DNA of 64,000 bases from an uncultured Clostridia bacterium (GCA_934772525.1 CAKVMI010000002.1:6309-70308), one strand, 5' to 3'; numbered from the stretch's first letter, positions 1 to 10,258 are shown. Notes: generated by a model not told the origin, from the letters alone. A program made the numbers and translations.

Positions 1-25
1 GCTTGGTTTAGCGTGCTTAGTTCTT

Positions 26-856
26 GTGCCTATATTTACCACAATGTCTAATATGGATATATTGCTACTAGTCTTTTCGGTTTTAAGTTTGTGGCTCGGA
101 ATGACGGGTAACAATTTAGTCGCCAAAGGTTATAGGGTTGGTTTACTTTTAACTTGCATTAATATGGTGCTATATGTTGTCGTTTCAGCCTTTCAAAAGG
201 TTTGGGGCGAAGTTATTATAAATACATTAGTATATTTACCGCTTGCATTATATAGTTTCTTTAAGTGGAAGCAAGACGCCATCAAAAAAGCCGAAAAAGG
301 TGCAAGAATGGATGATGTCGAAAAAATGAACGGCAAGCAACTACTTTTACACATTTTGCTTTTAATAGGACTAACGGCATCCGTTTGGGCGGTTCTAAAT
401 TATGGATTAAACCAAGCCTTCGCAATTTTTAACGCAATTAGTATTGCAGGTTGCATAGTAGGTGATATTGCAAGAACAAAAAGATATATAGAAACTTGGT
501 TTTTCTATATGCTATGCAATATTGGTGGAATAGTACTTTGGGCGTTACAAATATTTGCAAGTGGAAATGTCAGCCTTGCAGTGCTTCCAGCAATGATTAG
601 TTTTATGGCAACACTTTCAAATAACTTTAACGGCGTTTATATTTGGGGCGTACTATATAAAAACACCCATAGAAATGGTGGCGTGTATCTTGCAATGCGT
701 CCAGTAAATATAAAAGGTGTTGCAAAACTAAAAAGAACTTACCGCAAAATGGTTTGTAATGAAACCGAAAAGTATGTAAGTCCAAGTGCGCAACCTAAAA
801 AACCAAAAGCAAAGAAAAATAAATCAATTAGCGAAGTAATAGATAGCGGTAACTAA
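26..856 (+). CDS. pnuC: PnuC-like nicotinamide riboside transporter (start uncertain; reading frame stays open to the left window edge)
   Basis: Multi-TM protein with PnuC-like motifs (FKWKQ after TM3; TKRYIETWFFYMLCNIGGIVLW) and a Lys-rich tail. No stop between position 2 and 26, so it may be 5'-truncated by the window. Confidence 0.55.
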   Translation: MPIFTTMSNMDILLLVFSVLSLWLGMTGNNLVAKGYRVGLLLTCINMVLYVVVSAFQKVWGEVIINTLVYLPLALYSFFKWKQDAIKKAEKGARMDDVEKMNGKQLLLHILLLIGLTASVWAVLNYGLNQAFAIFNAISIAGCIVGDIARTKRYIETWFFYMLCNIGGIVLWALQIFASGNVSLAVLPAMISFMATLSNNFNGVYIWGVLYKNTHRNGGVYLAMRPVNIKGVAKLKRTYRKMVCNETEKYVSPSAQPKKPKAKKNKSISEVIDSGN

Positions 857-861
857 AATAT

Positions 862-908
862 AAAATCTGTAACTAAAATTAGTTTTGGTTGCAGATTTTA
901 TTTTCTTT
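862..908 (+). terminator. Rho-independent terminator after pnuC-like gene
   Basis: Stem AAAATCTGTAAC / GTTGCAGATTTT followed by a T-run. Confidence 0.7.
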
Positions 909-1010
909 AAATTATTTTTAGTATCCTTATTTTTTTCTTTACATAAATTTTAAATTATGATAAAATAGGCGTGAGCCAAGTATTAATATGTGTTAAGTTA
1001 AAAAACTATT

Positions 1011-1165
1011 TGATGTTAGTTTGTAAGCATTACTCGCAAGTTAATTTACAAAAGCAAATTTGTTATAGTTAACACCGTCACATAGTTTTAATAATCATTA
1101 GTTGCTAAAAAGATGCCACTATGTGTCGCTTGACGACAACTTTTGATATTATAGAAAAATATTAT
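1011..1165. repeat. Noncoding repeat element, copy A (second copy at 44510-44660)
   Basis: By-eye alignment to 44510-44660, same orientation, roughly 70-75% identity in the core (..GCCACT-TATGT-GTCGC-TGAC..AACTT..). Stops in all frames. Confidence 0.7.
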
Positions 1166-1281
1166 ATAAATTTATAATGCTAGCCCTATATTTAATAATC
1201 ATTACACATAATAACTTATAATGGTAACATATAATTAAAACATAACTTATGGAAAAATCTAAACTAGGAGAGCATAAAAAT

Positions 1282-3462
1282 ATGATTTCAAAAGCAGAAG
1301 AGAGAAAAGAGTTAGACTACTTAAGGTCGGTATTATATGTCCTTGAAAAGGAAATCGCAAAACTTGAAGACGGAAAAGAACAATTGGAGTCCGACATTCA
1401 AGAATCTATGCGTTATATTTGGGAAGAAGGTAGCGTAGAAGCCGACGATTGGATAAATTCGCAAGATAGCGTTCGCCAACTAAATAGGGGCGTATTGCAA
1501 TCTGAAAAGCACTTAAAAGCATACCGCAGAATGGTCGGTAGTGCTTACTTTGCTCGTGTAGATTTTGATGACGGCAACGAAGTAACCCCAATCTATTTAG
1601 GTATAGCAAGTTTAAAGGACGGCACCAACTTTTACGTTTATGACTGGCGTGCTCCCATTTGTAGTCCGTTTTATGATTCCGAAATTGGAGAGTCTAGTTA
1701 CACCTTGCCCGACGGCACAGTAGTAGATGGCAAAGTTACTCTAAAACGCCAATATAAGATAGATAATGACAAAATTGTAGAAATTTTTGATACCGACACT
1801 CAGGTTGTGGACGATGTTTTGGCAAAAATTCTATCTACTACCGGCACTACCAAAATGCGTAATATCGTTGCAACTATCCAAAAAGAACAAAATAAAATTA
1901 TTCGAAAGGACGATGTAGATATTTTAGCCGTTCAAGGGCCAGCGGGTTCGGGCAAAACTTCGGTTGCTCTTCATAGAATTGCATATTTGTTGTATGCCGA
2001 TAAAGAAAATTTAAACAAAACCAATATGTTAATTTTATCCCCAAACGAAACTTTCTCCGATTATATTAGTGACGTATTGCCACAAATGGGCGAAGATAAC
2101 GTATATCAAACAACTTTTTATGATTATGTTCAGTCATATATAAAAGACTTCAAAATTAAAAACAATATGAACTCGGTATACGAAGAACTTTTTATAGGTT
2201 TAAAAACGCCATTCTTTAACTCAATCAAATTTAAGTTCTGGCCTGGGTATATAAAATTAATTGAAAACTATATCGATGAAATTAGATATAGTCTATTTGG
2301 TATAGATAGAGATATAGAAATTGACGGCGAAGTTGTGGCAAGTAGCGAATTTTTATGCAGATTTGTAGATAACAATTTAACCAACTCGAGTATCACACTA
2401 TTCGAACAGGCAAAGTTAATTAATGAAAAAATTATGGCTATTGCAGGTATTAAACTTCAAAAGAACCTAAAAGCACGCAATAAGTTAGAGCGTCAACTAA
2501 AAGCTAATCTAAAAAAGGTAACCGCCAGAGCTATCTATATGGGGCTATTTGAGTCTCTAGACGGCTTTACCAAACGAGTTCAAGACATATACAACGAACT
2601 TAGCGTAGAAAAATCTGAAAAAATGACCATAAAGGACTTAAAAGAAATTTATGAGTACACTATCGACGGACTTCAAAAGGGTATACTTTCATACGAAGAC
2701 GTAACTCCATTTATGTATCTAAAAGAAAGAGTTGTTGGCGTTACCGAACAACACGCTATAAAGCAAATTGTAATTGATGAAGCACAAGACTATACCTTAG
2801 TTCAGTACCAAATAATTGCAAATGTATTTAAGGGTGCAAGGATGACTCTTGTGGGAGATTTAAACCAAAGTATTATGCCGTTTGTTTTGTATGATGATTA
2901 TGATAGTATCCTAAGTGTATTAAAATCAAATAGAGCGAGAGACATTGTAGAAACTCAATATTTAACAAAAACTTATCGTAGTACAGTAGAAATTAATGAG
3001 TTTGCAAACAATCTAATTTCAACAAAGCAATTAATAAAAACTCAATTAGACCGTCACGGCGCTCCAGTAGAAATTGTAAAGGATAATGGCGTAGGCGAAA
3101 ATGCCGAATTTGTAAAGGATGCATTAAGATTAAAAAACGAAAATAACACCGTTGCAATAATTTTCAAAACTGAAAAGGAATGCAAGGAACTTCAACGCTC
3201 ATTGCAAAAATCGGCAAACTTTAAGAACTTCAAATTTATGGTAGAAGGCGAAAAGAACTTTGTAAATACTCATATAATGGTTATGCCACTATATATGGCA
3301 AAGGGTCTAGAATTTGATACCGTTTTAATACCAAAGGCAAATGAAGATAATTATAGTGCCGAAAATAAAAAGTTATTCTATGTTGCAGTAACCCGTGCTA
3401 TGAATAACCTAAAAATTTACTACGATGATATTCCAAGCAGTCTAATACTTTCAAAAGACTAG
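1282..3462 (+). CDS. helD: HelD-type (helicase IV/UvrD-like) RNA polymerase-associated helicase
   Basis: AYFARVDF N-terminal HelD signature, Walker A GPAGSGKTS, IDEAQDY, VGDLNQSI, TKTYRST, AKGLEFDTV, YVAVTRA. Start moved to ATG 1282 (AGGAGA 10 nt upstream); ATG 1249 has no SD. Confidence 0.85.
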   Translation: MISKAEERKELDYLRSVLYVLEKEIAKLEDGKEQLESDIQESMRYIWEEGSVEADDWINSQDSVRQLNRGVLQSEKHLKAYRRMVGSAYFARVDFDDGNEVTPIYLGIASLKDGTNFYVYDWRAPICSPFYDSEIGESSYTLPDGTVVDGKVTLKRQYKIDNDKIVEIFDTDTQVVDDVLAKILSTTGTTKMRNIVATIQKEQNKIIRKDDVDILAVQGPAGSGKTSVALHRIAYLLYADKENLNKTNMLILSPNETFSDYISDVLPQMGEDNVYQTTFYDYVQSYIKDFKIKNNMNSVYEELFIGLKTPFFNSIKFKFWPGYIKLIENYIDEIRYSLFGIDRDIEIDGEVVASSEFLCRFVDNNLTNSSITLFEQAKLINEKIMAIAGIKLQKNLKARNKLERQLKANLKKVTARAIYMGLFESLDGFTKRVQDIYNELSVEKSEKMTIKDLKEIYEYTIDGLQKGILSYEDVTPFMYLKERVVGVTEQHAIKQIVIDEAQDYTLVQYQIIANVFKGARMTLVGDLNQSIMPFVLYDDYDSILSVLKSNRARDIVETQYLTKTYRSTVEINEFANNLISTKQLIKTQLDRHGAPVEIVKDNGVGENAEFVKDALRLKNENNTVAIIFKTEKECKELQRSLQKSANFKNFKFMVEGEKNFVNTHIMVMPLYMAKGLEFDTVLIPKANEDNYSAENKKLFYVAVTRAMNNLKIYYDDIPSSLILSKD

Positions 3463-3648
3463 CATCCTAGATGGAATTAAGAAAAAATTGCAAATTGGGT
3501 GCAAACAAAAAAATATAACAAGTTACAATCAACAATCAAAGTAAGTAAAGTTGTATATAACTCATAACTCAAACTACTTAAAACTAAAAGTAAATGCTGG
3601 TTATAACTTTAAACTAATTACAACCAATCACAACTAAAAGTAAATTAA

Positions 3649-3686
3649 CACCGACGCAAATAACTAAGCATCGGTGTTTTTGTTTT
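3649..3686 (+). terminator. Rho-independent terminator about 190 nt downstream of helD stop
   Basis: CACCGA...TCGGTG stem followed by TTTTTGTTTT. Confidence 0.7.
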
Positions 3687-3691
3687 GAAAG

Positions 3692-3724
3692 ACAAAAAAA
3701 AGAACCGCTATATTTAGCAGTTCT
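3692..3724 (-). terminator. Terminator of tRNA-Gly transcript (minus strand)
   Basis: AGAACCGC / GCAGTTCT stem. The A8 run on the plus strand is a U-run on the minus strand. Confidence 0.7.
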
Positions 3725-3732
3725 TAAAATTT

Positions 3733-3807
3733 TGGAGCGGAAGACGAGATTCGAACTCGCGACATTTGCCTTGGCAAGGCAACGCTCTACCACTGAGCCA
3801 CTCCCGC
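3733..3807 (-). tRNA. tRNA-Gly (GCC)
   Basis: Cloverleaf GCGGGAG...; anticodon loop TTGCCAA; TTCGAAT T-loop; encoded CCA. Confidence 0.95.
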
Positions 3808-3838
3808 AAAAAATGTATTTGTCCTAACGACATAAGTA

Positions 3839-3867
3839 AGTTTACCATAATCTTTTACAATAATCAA
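3839..3867 (-). promoter_or_regulatory. Sigma-A-type promoter for tRNA-Gly
   Basis: Minus strand TTGATT-17 nt-TAAACT with TGG immediately upstream of the -10. Confidence 0.55.
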
Positions 3868-4001
3868 GTGTTTTTTACTAAATTTTTAATTTTTTTTATT
3901 TTTATAAAAAGTTGGGTTCATTAACCATTGTTCAATTGTAAAACCATAGTCATTGTGGTATAATTTATTAAACCCAAGTGAACTTAAAAATGGAGTAAGT
4001 T

Positions 4002-4679
4002 ATGAATAATAAATTTAATAACAAAACCGAACTAAAATATACCGATGTAATTTGGGATTTTGATGGAACCCTTCTTGATACCTATCCATATGTAATAAAA
4101 AGCATCCAAGAAGTTTTGTCTATATATGGCATTAATGAGCCAAATGAACTCATTTTAAAGACATTAAAACAAGAGTCCACTTCGGTGTTTGCAAATTTAA
4201 TGATAGAAAAATACCACAAGTTTACTATAGAAGAATTTTTTGCAAAATATAACGAGATAGATAGAACGCTAAAATATTATGTTGGTATGGAATTATTTGA
4301 TGGTGTCCAAAAAACTCTAGAAACCATTGTAAATAACAGCGGTCGAAATTTTTTGGTTACAAACCGCACCAGCACGGTATTAGAACTATTAAAGAAACTA
4401 AAAATTGACTATCTTTTTACCGATATTGAGTACATTGGTAAAGACGGAAAACGCTTTTGGAAGCCCGACCCAACAATGATGAATGAATTAATACAAAGAT
4501 ACAATTTAATTAAAGACAAAACTCTTTCAATTGGTGATAGACCGGCAGATGTTAAGGCCAGTAGCCTTGCGGGACTTCCAATTTGTTTAGTAAATGCCGA
4601 TTTGGACGGACTAGATTTAACCCCAGATTTTATGGCTTCGAATTATAAAGAAGTTATGAAAATTTTAATACAAAAATAA
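4002..4679 (+). CDS. HAD-superfamily hydrolase (phosphoglycolate phosphatase-like)
   Basis: DFDGTLLDT motif I, VTNR motif II, GDRPADV motif IV. SD GGAG upstream. Confidence 0.75.
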   Translation: MNNKFNNKTELKYTDVIWDFDGTLLDTYPYVIKSIQEVLSIYGINEPNELILKTLKQESTSVFANLMIEKYHKFTIEEFFAKYNEIDRTLKYYVGMELFDGVQKTLETIVNNSGRNFLVTNRTSTVLELLKKLKIDYLFTDIEYIGKDGKRFWKPDPTMMNELIQRYNLIKDKTLSIGDRPADVKASSLAGLPICLVNADLDGLDLTPDFMASNYKEVMKILIQK

Positions 4680-4682
4680 TAG

Positions 4683-4710
4683 TTGCAAATTTAATTTTGG
4701 GTGGTATAAT
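4683..4710 (+). promoter_or_regulatory. Promoter abutting the rarA start codon (candidate leaderless transcript)
   Basis: TTGCAA-16 nt-TGgTATAAT. The -10 ends 8 nt before the ATG at 4719, and there is no SD. Confidence 0.45.
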
Positions 4711-4718
4711 GTACGCCT

Positions 4719-6074
4719 ATGGAAAATAATTTATTTAATGTAAATTTGAGCAATAGTTTTTCTCCGCTTGCCGAAAGAATGCGTCCAACTACACTAGATA
4801 ACTTTGTCGGACAAACTCATATTCTAGGGGAAGGAAAACTTTTAAATAGACTTGTAAAAACTGGAACTATTGGCAGTTCCATCTTTTTTGGACCTCCGGG
4901 AACGGGTAAAACCACACTTGCAAGCATAATTGCAAATGGCACGGGTGCAAAGTTTGTAAAATTAAACGCCGTAAGCAGTGGCGTATCCGATGCTAAAAAT
5001 GTAATTGAGCAAGCAAAAAAAGACCTAGAAATGTACGGCATAAAAACGTATTTGCTACTAGACGAATGTCACCGCTGGAGCAAAGCACAAAGTGATTGCG
5101 TGTTGTCCGCCATAGAACAAGGAATAATTATTTTTATTGGTAGTACTACCGAAAATCCTTTTTATAGTATGACAAGGGCTATTGTGTCAAGATGTAGAGT
5201 GTTTGAATTTAAACCACTTTCAACAACCGATATAAAAAATGCAATCAATAGGGCAATTATTGACGAAACAAATGGTCTTGGTATGTTTAAGTTAAATATA
5301 TCTGACGAAGCAATCACTACACTGGTACAAAATTCGGGCGGAGATTTGCGTTTTGCATTAAATTCTTTAGAACTTGCAGTAAAAAGTACCCCTAGTGATA
5401 GTACTGGACTTGTTACAATTACTCCCGAAATTATTGCCGATTGCACAGGCGGAAGAGTATTAAGTATAGATGAAGATATGTATTATGATATGCTATCTGC
5501 GTTCGGAAAGTCGCTCAGGGGTTCCGACCCAGACGGAGCGCTATACTGGGCATACAGACTAATAGAGTCGGGGGTTGACCCAATAGTTGTACTAAGACGC
5601 TTAATTGCCCACACGTCAGAAGATGTCGGTCTTGCAAATAGTAACGCATTGGTGGTAGCAGTAAGTGCCTTAACGGCTTACCAAAACTTAGGTATTCCAG
5701 AAGGACTAATTCCTTTAACGCACGCAATAATTTGCACGGCGACCAGTCCAAAAAGTAACGCAGTAGTATTAGCTCGAGATAGTGCAATTAATGCGGTAAA
5801 AAGTACGATAACCGACCCTGTCCCCGACCACTTAAAAAACTATAATTTCCTAAACGAAAAGCGTGCAAAATACAAATATCCGCATGATTTTGGTGGATAC
5901 GTAAAGCAACAATATTTGCCAGATTCGTTAGAGGGTACCAAGTTTTATAACCCAACCGATAACGGAAATGAGCGTAAAATTGCCGAGTTTATGAATGCCG
6001 TCCAAGAACTTTTAAAGGAAGATGCAAAGAAAAACAAAGACACTTTTAAGCACGGAAATAATAAAAAATCTTAA
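4719..6074 (+). CDS. rarA: Replication-associated recombination protein A (MgsA/RarA AAA+ ATPase)
   Basis: PLAERMRPTTLDNFVGQ, Walker A GPPGTGKTT, LLDECHRW, C-terminal MgsA_C-like region. Confidence 0.9.
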   Translation: MENNLFNVNLSNSFSPLAERMRPTTLDNFVGQTHILGEGKLLNRLVKTGTIGSSIFFGPPGTGKTTLASIIANGTGAKFVKLNAVSSGVSDAKNVIEQAKKDLEMYGIKTYLLLDECHRWSKAQSDCVLSAIEQGIIIFIGSTTENPFYSMTRAIVSRCRVFEFKPLSTTDIKNAINRAIIDETNGLGMFKLNISDEAITTLVQNSGGDLRFALNSLELAVKSTPSDSTGLVTITPEIIADCTGGRVLSIDEDMYYDMLSAFGKSLRGSDPDGALYWAYRLIESGVDPIVVLRRLIAHTSEDVGLANSNALVVAVSALTAYQNLGIPEGLIPLTHAIICTATSPKSNAVVLARDSAINAVKSTITDPVPDHLKNYNFLNEKRAKYKYPHDFGGYVKQQYLPDSLEGTKFYNPTDNGNERKIAEFMNAVQELLKEDAKKNKDTFKHGNNKKS

Positions 6075-6291
6075 ATTTTTACAGAATAATATAATAAATT
6101 TAGTTTGATTTTTGCTTTTAATAATTAAAATTTTTGTTATATAATCATAAAATACTTTACATTGTTTAGTCAATAATGTATAATAAAATTCAAACTATGA
6201 AAAATTTGTGATTTTTCTGTCCTGTAATCATTTATTGTTTTAGTGTAAATGATTTTTGTTATTAAAATATAATTAAAGTGAGTGATAAAAT

Positions 6292-7017
6292 ATGAGTACA
6301 ATACAAAATTCTTGGTTGGTAGAAAGACCAATAGCACATAGAGGCTTACACAATAACGACACCGTTCCAGAAAATAGTTTAAAGGCTTTTAGTTTGTGCA
6401 TAGATAAAAATATCCCAATAGAACTAGATGTAAGGGTTACCAAGGATAACCAAATAGTGGTATTTCACGACGATAAACTTAGCCGAATGACCGAGATAGA
6501 CGGCTATGTAAATAACTTAAATTATGCCGATATTATAAATGCTAAGTTATTAAAGACTAACGAAACCATACCTCTATTTAGTGATGTATTAAAACTAGTA
6601 GACGGCAAAGTGCCAATCCTAATAGAAATTAAGAATATAAATGGCGTAAGTTTTGAGAAGGAATTATGGGAACTTCTTAAAAATTATAAGGGTGAATATG
6701 CAATTCAGTCGTTTAACCCACTAATTCTAGAATGGTTTAAGTTAAACGCTCCACAAGTAAAACGTGGTCAACTTTCTTCCTTCTTTAAGGGTGAAAAGGG
6801 TATTTCATTTGTTAAAAAGTTTGTTCTAAAAAGATTAAAACTTACCAAAAGAAGCGAACCAAACTTCATTAGTTATAAGTTAGAAGATTTGCCAAATAAG
6901 TATGTTAAAAAGTTTAAGGATATCCCAGTTTTGTGCTGGACGGTTAAGTCTAATGAAGATGTAGAAAAAGCAAAAAAAGTTGCCGACAATTACATTTTCC
7001 AAGATTTGTATAACTAA
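6292..7017 (+). CDS. Glycerophosphodiester phosphodiesterase family protein
   Basis: IAHRGLH..PENSL..ELDVRVTKDNQIVVFHD GDPD catalytic motifs. Confidence 0.8.
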   Translation: MSTIQNSWLVERPIAHRGLHNNDTVPENSLKAFSLCIDKNIPIELDVRVTKDNQIVVFHDDKLSRMTEIDGYVNNLNYADIINAKLLKTNETIPLFSDVLKLVDGKVPILIEIKNINGVSFEKELWELLKNYKGEYAIQSFNPLILEWFKLNAPQVKRGQLSSFFKGEKGISFVKKFVLKRLKLTKRSEPNFISYKLEDLPNKYVKKFKDIPVLCWTVKSNEDVEKAKKVADNYIFQDLYN

Positions 7018-7039
7018 AAAATCAATAAATTTATTAAAG

Positions 7040-7072
7040 GTCTATAAAGAATATGTCTTTATGGACTTTTTT
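7040..7072 (+). terminator. Rho-independent terminator
   Basis: 11-bp stem GTCTATAAAGA / TCTTTATGGAC followed by T6. Confidence 0.8.
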
Positions 7073-7169
7073 AAAGTCTAATTTACAGACGTCGCTAAAC
7101 AAAATTAAAGTTGACTAAATAGATTTTATTTAGTATAATACAAATATTAAGTATTAGGAGAAAACCATT

Positions 7170-7733
7170 ATGATGATTACACTTGCAGGTGCACCTTGTT
7201 CGGGTAAAAGCACCGTGGCTAAAACTTTTGCACTAAAGTATAATTTTGAAAATATCAGCACGGGTAAACTTATCCGTAAAATGGCTGAAGATATGGGACT
7301 AGATATTATTCAAATGCAAACTGTTTTAAATAACGATAAGTCCATTGATGCCAAAATTGAAGATATGCAAAAGGAAATGGGAAAATCGCGTATAAATGAT
7401 AACCTTTTGCTAGATTCTAGACTTGGTTGGTATTGCGTACCTGAGTCATTCAAAGTCTATGTTACTATTCCAGAAATGGAGATGGCACGAAGATTTTTGC
7501 AAGATAACGAAAGAGAAAATGACCAAAAGGTCGAAACTGTAGAAGAAGCACTAGATTGCTTAAATTATAGAAGAAACCAAGAAATAGAAAGATTTAAAAA
7601 GACCTACGGGGTAGATTTATCGGATACAAATAATTACGACTTAATAGTCGAGAATTATGGCAAAACTCCTGAAGAAACAGCCGATGAAATATATAGAGCG
7701 TATAAAGAGTTTATAACTAAAAAAGGTGTGTAG
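7170..7733 (+). CDS. Cytidylate kinase-like / P-loop NMP kinase family protein
   Basis: Walker A GAPCSGKST at the N-terminus; size and layout of the small NMP kinase fold. SD AGGAGA. Confidence 0.55.
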   Translation: MMITLAGAPCSGKSTVAKTFALKYNFENISTGKLIRKMAEDMGLDIIQMQTVLNNDKSIDAKIEDMQKEMGKSRINDNLLLDSRLGWYCVPESFKVYVTIPEMEMARRFLQDNERENDQKVETVEEALDCLNYRRNQEIERFKKTYGVDLSDTNNYDLIVENYGKTPEETADEIYRAYKEFITKKGV

Positions 7734-7850
7734 GTAATAAGTTAAATAGACCAAAAACCGCACCAAAAAGTTATCACATTAACTAATTTTTATTAAAACT
7801 TAAAAGAATAATAAGCCGACAATTTAAACGAATTTTAAAGGAACAAAAAG

Positions 7851-9647
7851 ATGTCAACAAAGTTACAAAATATTAGAAATTTTAGCATAATAGCACACAT
7901 AGACCACGGTAAAAGTACACTAGCCGACCGATTAATGGAAATTACTGGTACTGTTACTAAAAGAGAAAGTAAAGACCAGATGCTAGATAGTATGGACTTA
8001 GAAAGAGAACGTGGAATAACCATAAAGTTAACTCCCGTAACTATGAAGTACACATATAAAGGTGAAGAATACATTTTAAACTTAATAGATACCCCAGGTC
8101 ATGTTGACTTTACATACGAAGTTTCAAGGTCACTTTTAGCCTGTGAAGGTGCGGTACTTGTAGTAGATGCCAGTCAAGGTGTAGAAGCACAAACTCTAGC
8201 AAACTGCTATATGGCGCTAGAAAGTAATTTGGAGATTATGCCCGTACTAAATAAAATAGACCTACCTAGTGCAAGACCAGACGAAGTCAAAAAAGAAATT
8301 GAAGACGTAATAGGTTTAGACACTGAAAACTGCCCTATGGTATCTGCAAAAGATGGTACAAATTGCGAAGAAGTATTAAAGCAGTTAATAGAAAAAGTTC
8401 CAAGCCCCAAAGGAGATATTAATGCTCCACTAAAAGCCCTAATTTTTGATAGTTACTATGATAACTTTAAAGGTGCGGTATGCTTAGTTAGAATTATGGA
8501 TGGCAAGGTTAAAAAGGGCGATAAAATAGAGATGATGCAAACGGGTAAAGTTTATGACGTAACCGAAGTTGGTATGTTTACCCCAAAGCCTACCGAAACA
8601 AGTGTATTAGAAGTTGGCGAGGTTGGATACATTACCGCAAGTATCAAAACTGTAAGTGATATTCGAGTTGGTGATACGGTTACTTTAAAAGATAATCCAA
8701 CCGAAACACCTCTTCCAGGATACAAGGTTGTAAACCCAATGGTGTTTAGTGGTATCTTTCCGCTAGACGGCTCTAAGTTTAATGACCTAAAGGACGCACT
8801 AGATAAACTAAAACTTAATGATGCATCGCTAGTATTTCAAAAGGAAACTTCAAATGCATTAGGTTTAGGCTTTAGGTGCGGTTTTCTAGGACTATTACAT
8901 ATGGATATCATTACCGAGAGACTAGATAGAGAGTTTAACCTAGAAATAATTACAACTGCTCCAAGCGTTTCATATAATGTATATAAAACCAATGGGGATA
9001 TGCTAGAAATTAAAAGTCCAGCAAACCTTCCACCAACAACCGAAATAGATAGAATTGAAGAACCTATGGTAAAAGCCGAAATTTATACTCCACCCGAATA
9101 TGTTGGTGTACTAATGGAACTATGCAAAAATAAACGTGGCGAATACAAAAATTTAACATATATAGATAAGTCACGTGTAGCACTTGAATACAAGTTGCCA
9201 CTAAACGAAATAGTGTTTGATTTCTTTGATGAGTTAAAGAGTATATCTCACGGATATGCAAGTTTTGATTATACTTTATGTGGATACGAACCATCTGACC
9301 TTGTAAAGCTAGATATCCTACTAAACGGAGATGTGTGTGACGCACTTTCTCTAATAGTACATCGTGACCACGCCGTAACACGTGGTAGAGCAATATGTGA
9401 AAAACTAAAAGAGAATATTGATAGACAACTATTTGAAATTCCAATTCAAGCGGCAATAGGTGGTAAAATTATTGCACGTGAAACGGTAAAGGCACTAAGA
9501 AAGGATGTAACCGCAAAGTGTTATGGCGGTGATATATCAAGAAAGAGAAAACTACTTGAAAAGCAAAAGGAAGGTAAAAAGCGTATGAGAAAACTCGGTA
9601 CGGTAGAACTTCCAGCAGAAGCATTTATTAGTATATTGAAAAACTAA
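7851..9647 (+). CDS. lepA: Translation elongation factor 4 (LepA)
   Basis: [32 protein letters not shown], LepA C-terminal domain. Confidence 0.97.
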   Translation: MSTKLQNIRNFSIIAHIDHGKSTLADRLMEITGTVTKRESKDQMLDSMDLERERGITIKLTPVTMKYTYKGEEYILNLIDTPGHVDFTYEVSRSLLACEGAVLVVDASQGVEAQTLANCYMALESNLEIMPVLNKIDLPSARPDEVKKEIEDVIGLDTENCPMVSAKDGTNCEEVLKQLIEKVPSPKGDINAPLKALIFDSYYDNFKGAVCLVRIMDGKVKKGDKIEMMQTGKVYDVTEVGMFTPKPTETSVLEVGEVGYITASIKTVSDIRVGDTVTLKDNPTETPLPGYKVVNPMVFSGIFPLDGSKFNDLKDALDKLKLNDASLVFQKETSNALGLGFRCGFLGLLHMDIITERLDREFNLEIITTAPSVSYNVYKTNGDMLEIKSPANLPPTTEIDRIEEPMVKAEIYTPPEYVGVLMELCKNKRGEYKNLTYIDKSRVALEYKLPLNEIVFDFFDELKSISHGYASFDYTLCGYEPSDLVKLDILLNGDVCDALSLIVHRDHAVTRGRAICEKLKENIDRQLFEIPIQAAIGGKIIARETVKALRKDVTAKCYGGDISRKRKLLEKQKEGKKRMRKLGTVELPAEAFISILKN

Positions 9648-9664
9648 TAAAGAATAGTAAAGAT

Positions 9665-9712
9665 AAGTTCCGTATAATCTAAGTTAGGATTGGTGCGGAA
9701 CTTAACTTTTTA
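9665..9712 (+). terminator. Terminator after lepA
   Basis: AAGTTCCG / CGGAACTT outer stem with an inner AATCTAA/TTAGGATT helix, then AACTTTTT. Confidence 0.65.
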
Positions 9713-9749
9713 TAAAGAAATTAATTCCACTTAATACTTTCTTTACATC

Positions 9750-9778
9750 TTGACAATTACGAAAATCAGTGTTACAAT
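9750..9778 (+). promoter_or_regulatory. Near-consensus sigma-A promoter for the two unknown genes
   Basis: TTGACA-17 nt-TACAAT preceded by TGT. Confidence 0.65.
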
Positions 9779-9817
9779 GCTAATCCCATACCAACATATA
9801 AAAGGAGTTGTAAATAT

Positions 9818-10258
9818 ATGTTTTTAGGAATAAATTCGGATGTCGAAATAGATGAAAATAGAGATGTTGTAGTAGTGTATGCAAAGGGTTTTGCCTCCAA
9901 CAAGTATTATTTAATTAAGTATTGCAGAGGTAATGAACTTCCAGAAGTAATTTCAGTGTCAAGGGATAGAGGTTTAACATTAAATAGTTTGCAAAGATGT
10001 TTAACCCCAGGTTTTGGTTTTAATGGTAATTTATCTTTTGTAGAACTAATACCAGGAAGAGCCGGCAGAAATGTACATATGGTAACTATAGAAGACACTG
10101 CAGAAGAAAAGGCTTACAATTATTATTTTATTGCAAGAAAGGGTAGCGGAGTATCCTATAAAAGAGAAGTAAGGTCTATAAAGAGAGAATTAAATAGAAG
10201 AGCAAAACAACAAAAACCACAATTAGAAGTAGAAGAAACTGAAGAAGCCGAAATGTAA
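9818..10258 (+). CDS. Hypothetical protein (paralog of the next gene)
   Basis: SD AAGGAG 8 nt upstream. No motif I recognise. Shares EID..V(V/I)VY N-terminus and R(K/N)GSG C-terminal motif with 10289-10714. Confidence 0.6.
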   Translation: MFLGINSDVEIDENRDVVVVYAKGFASNKYYLIKYCRGNELPEVISVSRDRGLTLNSLQRCLTPGFGFNGNLSFVELIPGRAGRNVHMVTIEDTAEEKAYNYYFIARKGSGVSYKREVRSIKRELNRRAKQQKPQLEVEETEEAEM

